From assembly GCA_963790475.1 (NCBI GenBank), contig CAWBOS010000001.1:32001-96000 (forward strand): 64,000 nt of DNA. Reading direction: 5' to 3'. Source of the DNA: an uncultured delta proteobacterium (GTDB taxonomy: Bacteria; Desulfobacterota; RBG-13-43-22). Position 1 is the stretch's first letter, and every line of letters begins with the position of its first letter. The position numbers and the translations under genes were made by a program. The notes under the pieces are model-generated. The model did no database searches and was not told where the DNA came from. It was given only the letters and a program-made list of their open reading frames with translations. Shown here one piece after another: positions 10,290-19,162 of this stretch.

Positions 10290-11489
10290 GTGCAAAGAGT
10301 ACTTGATGACATCAGGGTTCTGGATTTCGGGCGGTTCATTTCCTGCCCGTACTGCGGCATGATTCTGGCGGACATGGGTGCGGAAGTGATCCGGGTGGAC
10401 CGGCCCGGTGGAGAAGAAGATCGAACCCACAGCCTCATAGGGCCGGACGGCAACAATTTGTCCTTCCCCAGTTATGCCCGGAATAAAAAGGGCATTACTT
10501 TGAAGCTTTCCCAAAAAAAACCGGAGGTCCGGGAGATTTTAGACTCCCTGGTGAAGCAATGTGATGTGGTGATTCACAATTTCACGCCGGCGGCAGCCGA
10601 ATCCATGGGCCTTGCTTACGATCGTCTGGCGGCTGTAAAACCGGACATTATTTTAACGGCCATTTCCTGTTTCGGAGACGAAGGCCCCTATCGAAATCGA
10701 ACGGGATTTGATTTCATCGCCCAGGCCATGTCCGGGGCCATGAATTGCGGGGGATTTCCCGACAAACCGCCCATAAGGGCTTTTTTCAATCCCATGGATT
10801 ACGCCACTGCTCTGGCTGCCGCCGTCGGCACCCTTCTGGCCCTGCGCCACCGGGACAAAACGGGAGAAGGCCAGAAGGTCGATCTGGCGCTTTTAAGGAC
10901 AGCCCTTTCCTTTACGGCCCCCATCATTGCCGAAAAGGAAGTGCTGGGACGTGACAGGCCCATGATCGCCAACCGCGCCCCCTATCTGACGACCACGGAT
11001 TTATTTGAATGCCAGGATGGCTATGTGTTCATCGCCTCCATCATGAACAGTATCTGGAGACGCCTGGCCAGACTCATCGGTCATGAGGAACTCATCAATG
11101 ACCCGGAGTTGTACAATGACCTGAGCCGCTTTGAACACCGGGACAAAATCGATCCCCTGGTGGCGGACTGGATCAGTAAGCGCACGGTGGACCAGGTGAT
11201 GGCTGAAATGGAAGCCGCCCATATCCCCTGCAGCCCCTACTACGACCTGGGCCAGGTGTCCCAAGATCCCCACATTCGGGAAACCGGCATGCTGCCCTTG
11301 GTGGATATGGAGGTGCCCGGTCTGAAACCGTTGCCGGTCAGCCCCAATCCGATCAAGTTGTCAAAAACACCCGGGAGGATAGAAACCCGCGCGCCTCGCC
11401 CCGGAGAACACAATCTCGAAATTTACGGGAGATTACTGGGGTACGATAAAGAAACGCTGGAAGAATTGGCCGCGAAAGGGATCATCTGA
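10290..11489 (+). CDS. Family III (CaiB/BaiF) CoA-transferase
   Basis: LDDIRVLDF, GAEVIRVD, ARNKKGITL, NPMDY, APRPGEHN. Confidence 0.93.
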   Translation: MQRVLDDIRVLDFGRFISCPYCGMILADMGAEVIRVDRPGGEEDRTHSLIGPDGNNLSFPSYARNKKGITLKLSQKKPEVREILDSLVKQCDVVIHNFTPAAAESMGLAYDRLAAVKPDIILTAISCFGDEGPYRNRTGFDFIAQAMSGAMNCGGFPDKPPIRAFFNPMDYATALAAAVGTLLALRHRDKTGEGQKVDLALLRTALSFTAPIIAEKEVLGRDRPMIANRAPYLTTTDLFECQDGYVFIASIMNSIWRRLARLIGHEELINDPELYNDLSRFEHRDKIDPLVADWISKRTVDQVMAEMEAAHIPCSPYYDLGQVSQDPHIRETGMLPLVDMEVPGLKPLPVSPNPIKLSKTPGRIETRAPRPGEHNLEIYGRLLGYDKETLEELAAKGII

Positions 11490-11547
11490 AAAGGGAGCAG
11501 AAAGGGTGGGGTTTTTGTCTATCCGTGGCAAAAAACAGTTAAAATTT

Positions 11548-11587
11548 GGTTAAAACAGGCCAAGACAGACAGCGCTTGATGCCCCGG
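11548..11587 (+). repeat. Partial copy of intergenic module B
   Basis: GGTTAAAACAGGCCAAGACAGACAGCGCTTGATGCCCC matches the 3' half of the 17792-17886 copy. Confidence 0.7.
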
Positions 11588-11638
11588 CTTTCCCATTCAT
11601 GAGCAAGCTCTTATTAAAGGCTACCGATAATTTTCGGC

Positions 11639-12409
11639 TCATTTCAAGCCCTCTCTCTTACAGCCATAGATTAAAGCGTAACGATAATAATATTTAAAGA
11701 AAGGGACCAGGCGCTTTAAATTATCATCTAAAAAAGCGGCAAATTTCATTATTGGATTTTTCTCGGTGTTAAATAAAAAAACGGAAATACAACTCAGCGG
11801 GACAGAAAACAACTGATAGGAGATTAACTCTAAGTTGAAAATTTTACTGATAGTGCGCAAGTCGATGAATCGTAAGGCTTGCTCATCAATAGTTCTGGCT
11901 TTGGGGGTAAAATATCTGATCATTTTTGAGAACGGATTTATATCTAATGGTTCAGCAAACAGGATAATTCCATTAGGTTTTAAAACACGATTAAACTCGG
12001 ACACCGCTTTATTTATATCTAAATGATGTAATACCGAAACTCCAAAAATGAGATCAAATGACTCATCCTGGAATTTTAACTCGTGGGCATCCATCAGATG
12101 GAAAATAGGTTTCACCCTGCTGCCCCCGGCAAGGGTCAAACCCAATTCCAGCTCCAATTCTGAAATATTGATGCAGTGCAACTCACCTGGACTTATTCCG
12201 ATATCCTCAATCCAGGCTTTCCAGCCTAGAGCGCCTATCTCAAGACACATTTTATTATTACTATCAGGCATATATTTTTTCACGTCATTTAAGAGTTGGA
12301 TATCTAATAGTTTAATTGAATGGGATAGAAGCTTATTAAGATTACCTCGCCTTACAGCCCCCTCATTGTACTGCTCTTGTTCCCTTTTGACTCTATCCCT
12401 ATAATCCAT
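11639..12409 (-). CDS. Class I SAM-dependent methyltransferase (AT-rich)
   Basis: LEIGALG, MDAHELKFQDESFDLIF, VLHHL, RVLKPNG. Confidence 0.88.
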   Translation of the reverse strand: MDYRDRVKREQEQYNEGAVRRGNLNKLLSHSIKLLDIQLLNDVKKYMPDSNNKMCLEIGALGWKAWIEDIGISPGELHCINISELELELGLTLAGGSRVKPIFHLMDAHELKFQDESFDLIFGVSVLHHLDINKAVSEFNRVLKPNGIILFAEPLDINPFSKMIRYFTPKARTIDEQALRFIDLRTISKIFNLELISYQLFSVPLSCISVFLFNTEKNPIMKFAAFLDDNLKRLVPFFKYYYRYALIYGCKREGLK

Positions 12410-12521
12410 TATCTCTTCTCTCCATTAAACTTGGGATATAGTTGCGGTTGCTAAGCAGGTAATCTTTACTTCGCTTCTATTAAGATTACCTCGTAGAAAG
12501 AGTCGAGAGGTACGCTGGAAA

Positions 12522-13955
12522 TCAGGATGCCTTTACGAATCTTCTCTTAATTTCGGCATACTTGGCCAGGGTAGCCATGGCCCTTGCGGCAGCCTCCGGC
12601 GTGTTATAAGAAGTAATGCCGGCAGCGTCCATCGCTTTTAAAATCAGTTCATTGGTGAAAGCAATGCCGCTAAGCCCCACTGTGACCACAGGCTTCCCCA
12701 GTTTCAGCGGTATAGCCGTGAGTAATTCGGCGGCCCGGGTCAAAAGCTCTTTCTGCTCAACCACGGACGACCCGGAGGAATCAGCCCAGGTAATTGGCGT
12801 ATTGCAGATAAGCCCGTTTATATAGTCCAGTTGAGCCATCTTGTTCAGAACACCAACCTCTTGAAGAGCGGTGCGGTTTGACCCGGCAAAGTCTACCGGG
12901 TTCGTTGGAGCAGGCGCATGGGGAGGAAACTCCAGGTCCGATATGATGAACTTTACGTCTTCCTCCTTCAGCTCAGGAACCTCCAGGCCCATCGAGACAC
13001 AGGTATCAGCAAGGACCACGCACAACCCCCCGGTACCGAGAATTCCCATCCTGTTGCCTCCGGGTAATGGTTGTCTGGTGAGAATCGCGGCCGCATCGAG
13101 GAGGCTGAGTAATTCATCAACCCGGATAAAACCTGCCTGTCGGCACATGGCATCAAAAACTCTATCTTCACCAGCTATGGAAGCGGTGTGTGACATGGTG
13201 ACCCTGGCAATAGACTGGTTTTTGCCCGCTTTGTAGATAATAACCGGCTTCTTTCCAGCTATTTTCCTGCCTGCGTTAAACAGCTTTTTGCCGTCATGTA
13301 AGCCCTCTACATACATGACCACGACCTTTGTTTCTGGGTCATCAGCCAGATACTCCAGGTAATCCGCTACATCCAGGTCAGCCTGATTCCCGGCACTGAT
13401 GAAACTGCTCAGCCCGCAGCCTCTACCGGCCGCCGCCCGGGCGAAGATACCGCCAAAAGTGCCGCTCTGGGATATAAAGCCAATAGAACCCCTTGGAACT
13501 CCACCGGGAAGGGACAGGTTAAGGTTGGCAGCAGCGCTATAGATACCCATGCAATTGGGTCCAACGAAACGTAGACCCCCCTGCCGGGCAATTCCGGTGA
13601 CCTCCTCCTGAAGGGCTTGCCCACGGCTGCCGGTCTCGGCAAATCCAGCCGTTATCAGGACAGCTCCCTTTATACCTTTTTGAACGCATTCCCGCATGGC
13701 CTGTGGTACCTGCTCAGCCCGAACAGCTATTACAGCCAGGTCAATCAGGTCAGGAACATCAAGGACAGTGCGGTAGGCCGGCAGACCAAGTATTTTTTCT
13801 TCCCTTGGATTTATAGGGTAGATAGCCCCCTGGTAGCCGTCTGTTTGCATCGACAGGATGATATCATTGCCCCATTTGAAAGGAACACCGGAAGCACCGA
13901 TTACCGCTACCGACCTTGGCGCAAAAATTGGGCGTAGTTGCTCACTAATGTTCAT
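12522..13955 (-). CDS. NDP-forming acyl-CoA synthetase, alpha-type subunit (CoA-binding plus succinyl-CoA ligase-like domains)
   Basis: APRSVAVIGAS, YPINP, GPNCMG, SQSG, SHTASIAG phospho-His, NPVD; no ATP-grasp beta domain in this ORF. Confidence 0.9.
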   Translation of the reverse strand: MNISEQLRPIFAPRSVAVIGASGVPFKWGNDIILSMQTDGYQGAIYPINPREEKILGLPAYRTVLDVPDLIDLAVIAVRAEQVPQAMRECVQKGIKGAVLITAGFAETGSRGQALQEEVTGIARQGGLRFVGPNCMGIYSAAANLNLSLPGGVPRGSIGFISQSGTFGGIFARAAAGRGCGLSSFISAGNQADLDVADYLEYLADDPETKVVVMYVEGLHDGKKLFNAGRKIAGKKPVIIYKAGKNQSIARVTMSHTASIAGEDRVFDAMCRQAGFIRVDELLSLLDAAAILTRQPLPGGNRMGILGTGGLCVVLADTCVSMGLEVPELKEEDVKFIISDLEFPPHAPAPTNPVDFAGSNRTALQEVGVLNKMAQLDYINGLICNTPITWADSSGSSVVEQKELLTRAAELLTAIPLKLGKPVVTVGLSGIAFTNELILKAMDAAGITSYNTPEAAARAMATLAKYAEIKRRFVKAS

Positions 13956-14154
13956 AGTCAGGGTTCCTCCTCCTCAAGCGTCTTCATTCATTTTTAGCCT
14001 TTTAGATAGCCTACACAATAAAAGGTTCTCGGGAGACCCCCAAGAACCTCCTTACTAAAATATATAATTGTGCCTCAGAGCTTGTCAAACAGATTAACTA
14101 TCCTATCCCCCTAACTCCTTTTCCCTGAATCGACACTTGTTAACCCCAAGCAAC

Positions 14155-14185
14155 AAAAAAGGCAGAGCCATTTCTTGACTCTGCC
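14155..14185 (-). terminator. Rho-independent terminator
   Basis: GGCAGAGCCA/TGACTCTGCC stem with an A6 run on + (U6 on -), downstream of the molbindin gene. Confidence 0.7.
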
Positions 14186-14401
14186 CCTGCTAACTGAAAA
14201 ATTGGATATCGACCTTACTTCTTAAACTTCTTCCTGCCAACACCCCTTACAGTCCGACAAACACCAAGCCTTTCACTAATAATTCGCTTCCGGGAACAGT
14301 CTTGATCGTGGACCTTGGTTCAAGACCTTTGCAGATACGGTTGCGATCCCAGAGCCCGTCCTCGAATCCTCTATTATGTTCCTGCTTGTTCCGGTGGCCT
14401 G

Positions 14402-14608
14402 CTATTTACCGATCATGACACTACTGGCTTTTATCAGAGCGATAACCTTATCACCCTTTTTTAATTTGAGGTCATTGACGGCTTCGACTGTAATTGTGGA
14501 AGTGATCACATTACCATTGCCAATATCGATTTTCACTTTTGCCGCGACCTCGCCTTTAACAACCTCAATAATCTCACCCTTAATCTGATTTCTCGTACTT
14601 AATTTCAT
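14402..14608 (-). CDS. mop: Molbindin (TOBE-domain molybdate/tungstate-binding protein)
   Basis: MKLSTRNQIKG...ITSTIT...LKLKKGDKVIALIKASSV; start moved to ATG 14608 behind AGGAGG. Confidence 0.9.
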   Translation of the reverse strand: MKLSTRNQIKGEIIEVVKGEVAAKVKIDIGNGNVITSTITVEAVNDLKLKKGDKVIALIKASSVMIGK

Positions 14609-14823
14609 GGTGTTCCTCCTCAAGATAGTATAAAAATGTGTGTGCCCTTTCCTAAGACTGTCTGGATACCTTCACAAATTGGCTGGAACAACTTGACTGA
14701 TTTCTCTTTTCTACTGATCGGCTTCTCGTATCCACCTCCTCTCCCTTGGCGATCATAGTATGGCACCTCCGTTACTCCTGGCCTTCGGTAAAGCTTGAGA
14801 CCGTTTTTCGCCGGCAACAATCG

Positions 14824-15160
14824 CTATTTGGCGCATTTCGACAGGAGAAGACCCCAAAAGAGTGACCCCCAGGCAATAACCACTACATAAGTTGCTATCT
14901 CCGCACTGTCAATTTTACGGAGTCTTTTGATGATCAGAATGCTGATAATGACCACAATCGCGCTGAATACGAGCACCCCGGCAATCAACTTAATGAAACC
15001 TCCAGACCGGATTCTTTGGGAGAAAGGGTCTAATAAGGGTTTTTGGTGACGGCTGAAATGGCTACTCCTATTAATTCCCGAAACTCGTTGGGGGATCGGC
15101 CCATCATTCTTTCTATGGATCGTGGTTCCCGAAAGGCTTTTAAAGTTCACCAATTCCCAT
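14824..15160 (-). CDS. Hypothetical membrane protein, possibly frameshifted near 15040
   Basis: Two C-terminal TM helices; an ATG at about 15160 (MGIGELLKAFRE...) lies in a different frame that stops near 15030. Confidence 0.4.
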
Positions 15161-15261
15161 TGCGCCAGGCTACTGAATATTCTTCGTTAATCTCCTTGAT
15201 TTCGTGATGTTTTTTTCGCAAGCTCCACAGCCTTCTTTGGGATTATCTCCAATTATTAGTT

Positions 15262-15303
15262 AGTTATATTATGTAAAATATGACATATAACTTCTGCTGT
15301 CAA
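15262..15303 (-). promoter_or_regulatory. Sigma70-like promoter overlapped by a palindromic ModE-like box
   Basis: Minus strand TTGACA-N17-TATTTT; overlapping AGTTATAT...ATATAACT and TATGT-N8-ACATA; upstream of the unit containing mop. Confidence 0.45.
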
Positions 15304-15447
15304 GGAAATTATCCTCCACCATAAGGCTGTAATTGCCATCTGGGCCAACAGGCCTTCGGATTTAGGATTTATTTCATCTGATCGATGATATCTTCAGCGG
15401 TGCTGATGACGTAGTGGGATAAATCCCTGGCCTTGGGACTACGCGGA

Positions 15448-16305
15448 TCAGCTCCAGTCATAAAAACCCTTGCCGCTGTTGGCACCGAACTCTCCGTTTT
15501 TCACCATCCGCATCAGGGTCAGGGGCGGATACATGCGCGGGTCATTGGAACCCTGGTACATTTGAAGGGCCACGCGCAGCATGGTGGGTGTGGTAACAAA
15601 ATCATGGAGTTTAAAGGTTCCCTGAGGATGGCCCAGACTGGTGTTCAAACCGATGTCACCGTCTTCAACCTTGATCTTACCCTGTTCCAGCAGGCGCACG
15701 GCGTCCAGCATCTGGGGAACCAGCAGTCGATTAACCCAAAACCCCGGGATGTTGGGTGCCAGAAAAGGGGCCTTCTTCATATCCAGCAGTGTCTGGCGGG
15801 TGAACTCGACGGTTTGAGCCGAGGTCTTTTCGCCGGGAACCACTTCAACACCCGGCATCATCGGAACCGGATTCATACCGTGGGTAATGATGGAACGCTC
15901 CGGACGACCACCGGCTTCGGCCATGGGGTTGATGTCCAGACTGCTGGTGTTGGACCAGAAGACGACCCTTGGGGGAAGCTGAGGGAGATATTCCGCCAGT
16001 ACTTTGCACTTCAGCTTCAAATCCTCAAATATGACCTCCAAAAAAACATCGCAGCTTTTGGCGGCCACGATGAAGGCCTCTTTGCCGTCGTAGACCGTGA
16101 TTTTGGCTGCGGCCCTGGTCGCAAAATCCGGATCATCGATTTTGAATTTTTTAGCCACCGTTGCGGCCAGCTTTTCGCACCCGGAAACAACTCCGGAAAG
16201 ACTCTCCGGATTGGCGTCAAAACAGTGAACCTCATGTCCGGTCATCGAACACTGTGTAATCCAGCCGCGTCCCATAATACCCGTACCAAGAATCGCAAAT
16301 TTCAT
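15448..16305 (-). CDS. 3-hydroxyacyl-CoA dehydrogenase
   Basis: GTGIMG Rossmann motif, EDLKLK, SNTSSL, HGMNP, PGFWVNR, GKGFYDW; possible frameshifted tail to 15369. Confidence 0.92.
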   Translation of the reverse strand: MKFAILGTGIMGRGWITQCSMTGHEVHCFDANPESLSGVVSGCEKLAATVAKKFKIDDPDFATRAAAKITVYDGKEAFIVAAKSCDVFLEVIFEDLKLKCKVLAEYLPQLPPRVVFWSNTSSLDINPMAEAGGRPERSIITHGMNPVPMMPGVEVVPGEKTSAQTVEFTRQTLLDMKKAPFLAPNIPGFWVNRLLVPQMLDAVRLLEQGKIKVEDGDIGLNTSLGHPQGTFKLHDFVTTPTMLRVALQMYQGSNDPRMYPPLTLMRMVKNGEFGANSGKGFYDWS

Positions 16306-16717
16306 TTTTCCCCTCCCTTTTTATCAAAAAATATTGACTGCGCCTGTAAGTTGTAACCTTTTTTGAGAGAGACTCATTGTATTTTCCAGTCCCTCCGGCT
16401 TAACAGCCACTGGAGCAGGAGGCCGGTCATTTGATGAACCAGGCCGCCCAACTGTATTATATTCTACCTGCCACCCATCAACAAGACCTTTTTGCTTCAA
16501 ACCACGTTTCCAGAGTCTCGCGATTCAGCCATTCATCCCGCAACCGGCCCTTAAATGATTCAATTTCTGGTTATTGTTTTAGTTTTTCATTTTGTGTATA
16601 TCATATAGGGGGGATGGCTTGCAGCCCTGAAATTTTAAATGGATCACATCGTTCGGAAAGATGAAAGCCAAAAATCCTAAATCGTTCTCATCCGGAAATA
16701 ACGGATGTGAAACTATT

Positions 16718-16860
16718 GGTTTCCAATTCGGAAACGAGGAATTTTTTGTCCTGGCAAGGAAATCAAGGGATTGCACGGAGGCGTACATGGGTACGCCGCA
16801 CAAACAATCCTGTAGATTGACACAGCCAGGGCGAAAAAGGACCGTTCCCGGATGGAAAAT
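16718..16860. mobile_element. MITE-like element
   Basis: Imperfect TIRs TTTCCAATTCGGAAACG / CGTTCCCGGATGGAAA and internal palindrome GGCGTAC-ATGG-GTACGCC; left flank 16688-16731 recurs inverted at 55140-55182. Confidence 0.7.
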
Positions 16861-16898
16861 AAATCGGTTAATGAACCCATTAAATAAGGAGGGAATCA

Positions 16899-17693
16899 AT
16901 GAAACTGAGTGAACTGACCGATGTCTTGTATGAGGTTGATCGTGGTCTGGCCTGGATCATCATTAACCGGCCCCATCGTTACAATTCCTTTACCAATCGT
17001 ACGATTGATGAGCTGATCTGCTGCTTTAAGGCGGCCTGGGCCGATCCGCAGGTGGGCGTCATCGCTTTTACGGGGGCGGGGGACAAGGCCTTTTGTACGG
17101 GAGGAGATCAAAAACAAAGAAAAGAGACCGGAGATTACGGGCCCATGGAAACCGGCGTTTCGGAAATCGAATATTTTCATCGCCTTATTCGGGATGTGCC
17201 CAAGCCCGTTATTGCCGCGGTTAACGGATATGCCATCGGCGGCGGGCAGGTACTGCATGTCCTGTGCGATATCACGATTGCCGCCGACCATGCCCGTTTC
17301 GGCCAGACCGGTCCCCGGGTCGGGTCATTTGACGCGGGTTATGGCAGCGCTTATCTGGCTCGAATAATCGGTGACAAGCGGGCCAAAGAGATTTGGTTCT
17401 GCTGCCGGCAGTACGACGCGGTCACGATGAAAGATTGGGGCCTGGTCAACCGGGTGGTGCCCTTTTCCGGGTTAAAAGAGGAAGTGCGCTGCTGGGCTGA
17501 TGAAATGCTGGACAAGAGCCCGACGGCGCTCCGGGCTCTCAAATGCTCCATTAACGCGGATAGTGATTCGATAGCGGGGATCGGAGCCCTGTCCCATATC
17601 AATCTTGAGCTATTTGTTAAAACCGATGAAGCCGAAGAAGGCCTTAACGCCTTTAACGAAAAACGGCCGCCGGATTTTTCCCGGTTTCGATAA
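16899..17693 (+). CDS. Crotonase-family enzyme, MenB (DHNA-CoA synthase)/BadI-like
   Basis: AFCTGGDQ, GYAIGGG, FGQTGPRVGSFDAG, EIWFCCRQY, AFNEKRPPDF. Confidence 0.9.
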   Translation: MKLSELTDVLYEVDRGLAWIIINRPHRYNSFTNRTIDELICCFKAAWADPQVGVIAFTGAGDKAFCTGGDQKQRKETGDYGPMETGVSEIEYFHRLIRDVPKPVIAAVNGYAIGGGQVLHVLCDITIAADHARFGQTGPRVGSFDAGYGSAYLARIIGDKRAKEIWFCCRQYDAVTMKDWGLVNRVVPFSGLKEEVRCWADEMLDKSPTALRALKCSINADSDSIAGIGALSHINLELFVKTDEAEEGLNAFNEKRPPDFSRFR

Positions 17694-17791
17694 CAGCCGG
17701 AGCCAGGGGGACTTCCAGGAAATCTAAGAAAACCGGCCGGCGATATCATCCCGGCCCCTTTCTCTCGGGAAGGAATGAACCCTCTCTTTTT

Positions 17792-17886
17792 GAGGGGATG
17801 TTGTTTCTGAATCGACTTGATTTATCGTTTAAGGGGGGATAGGGTTAAAACAGGCCCAGACAGGCAGGGCTTGATGCCCCAGGCCC
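17792..17886 (+). promoter_or_regulatory. Intergenic module B (promoter-like repeat)
   Basis: About 95 bp similar to 24286-24380; contains TTGATT-N17-TAGGGT. Confidence 0.65.
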
Positions 17887-17960
17887 TTTGAACCACTGCT
17901 AAGAAAATTATTCACGCCTGATGGCCTGATTTTTGATTCTCTTCGAAGGGAGGGATTATT

Positions 17961-19019
17961 ATCTTTAAGACATTGGTGATAAATCCGGGTTCGACCAGCA
18001 GCGAGGTTTCCATTTTTGAGGATGAAAACGAAATTAAAAGCGCCCGAATTATCCACCCCGTAAGCGAATTGCGGAAGTATCCTACGATTTCGGATCAATT
18101 CCCTTATCGCAGCGCTATCATCAAAGATCAACTCAAAGAATGGAATATTAAAAAAGGGGATATCGCGGCCGTTGTCGGCCGAAGCGCCTTAGTCCGAAGA
18201 GAAAGCGGCACTTATGAAGTCAACGACGACATGATCGCCGATGTAAAAAGGGTCATGTCGCGGAGGGGGCATGCCGCAGGAATGGGTTGCCTGCTCGCCA
18301 AAGAAATCGCCGATGAATACGGCATCCCCGCCTTTGTTGCCCATGCAGCCGGTCGTGGTTTGGATCGTATGGCCAGAGTATCAGGCATTCCGGCTATCGA
18401 GCGGCGGGCCGTATACCACGTGCAAAACATCGAAGGGGTTTCCGTACTGGCTGCCAGGAAGATGAACAAAAGGTTCGACAGGGTGAACCTGATTATCGCC
18501 CATTTGGAAGGCGGCATGTCGATCGCGGCCATCGCCGGCGGCCAACTTATGGATGTAAGCAGCGCCTTTGAAGAAGGGCCGTTCACCACGGAAAGAAGCG
18601 GCGCCTTGCCCGTCGCGTCGCTGGTGGACCTCTGCTTTTCCGGACAATATACCAGGGAACAGATACAGAAAATGATCCGTGGCGAAGGGGGGATGGTTGC
18701 TTATCTTGGAACAAACAAGATCGGCGAAATTGAAGATCGCGTCAAGCGGGGAGACGAAGAAGCCGGATTTTATCTGGAAGCCATGTGTTATCAGATAGCA
18801 AAAGAAATTGCCGCTATGGCCTCCGTTCTTAAAGGGAAGGTGGATGCCGTTATCCTCACGGGAAAAATTTTGGAATCCGCGCGCGCCGTTCAATGGATCA
18901 AAGAGAGATGCAGCTTTATCGCGCCTGTTAAAACCTATCCTGAACAGGAGGCTATAACCTTCGCCCGGGCTGTCCTGAAGGTGCTGAGAGGCGAGGAGGA
19001 GGCTCTAATCTATGAATAG
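17961..19019 (+). CDS. Divergent butyrate kinase-like protein (ASKHA family)
   Basis: VINPGSTS, ARVSGIP, EGPFTTERSG, YLGT, AMCYQIAKEIA. RBS GGAGGG at 17949-17954 points to an in-frame ATC at 17961; the ORF track starts at TTG 17973. Confidence 0.85.
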   Translation: MFKTLVINPGSTSSEVSIFEDENEIKSARIIHPVSELRKYPTISDQFPYRSAIIKDQLKEWNIKKGDIAAVVGRSALVRRESGTYEVNDDMIADVKRVMSRRGHAAGMGCLLAKEIADEYGIPAFVAHAAGRGLDRMARVSGIPAIERRAVYHVQNIEGVSVLAARKMNKRFDRVNLIIAHLEGGMSIAAIAGGQLMDVSSAFEEGPFTTERSGALPVASLVDLCFSGQYTREQIQKMIRGEGGMVAYLGTNKIGEIEDRVKRGDEEAGFYLEAMCYQIAKEIAAMASVLKGKVDAVILTGKILESARAVQWIKERCSFIAPVKTYPEQEAITFARAVLKVLRGEEEALIYE

Positions 19020-19162
19020 GGATTCGTCCGGGAAGGGGGCGTTGTTGAATCGGACTATTGCCAACCCGGTAGACCCTGCAAGCGACCGAAAGACTTGACG
19101 GCGCAACCGACCGGGCCAAACAAAGGTTCTCGTATACCATAAAGTTTGAAGGAGGGTTATAG

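Noticed and set aside
14620-14820. Moco/tungsten riboswitch or small ORF upstream of mop
   Set aside because: No recognisable consensus; the 66-aa ORF has a TTG start and no motif.
15448-15450. Selenocysteine readthrough of the dehydrogenase TGA
   Set aside because: An in-frame TAG follows three codons later and this is not a Cys position; a +1 indel fits better.
16338-16450. Cobalamin riboswitch-like words (AGCCACTGG...GGAGGC...CCAGG)
   Set aside because: The GGGAA/CGGTG core and the B12-box GACCTGCC are missing.
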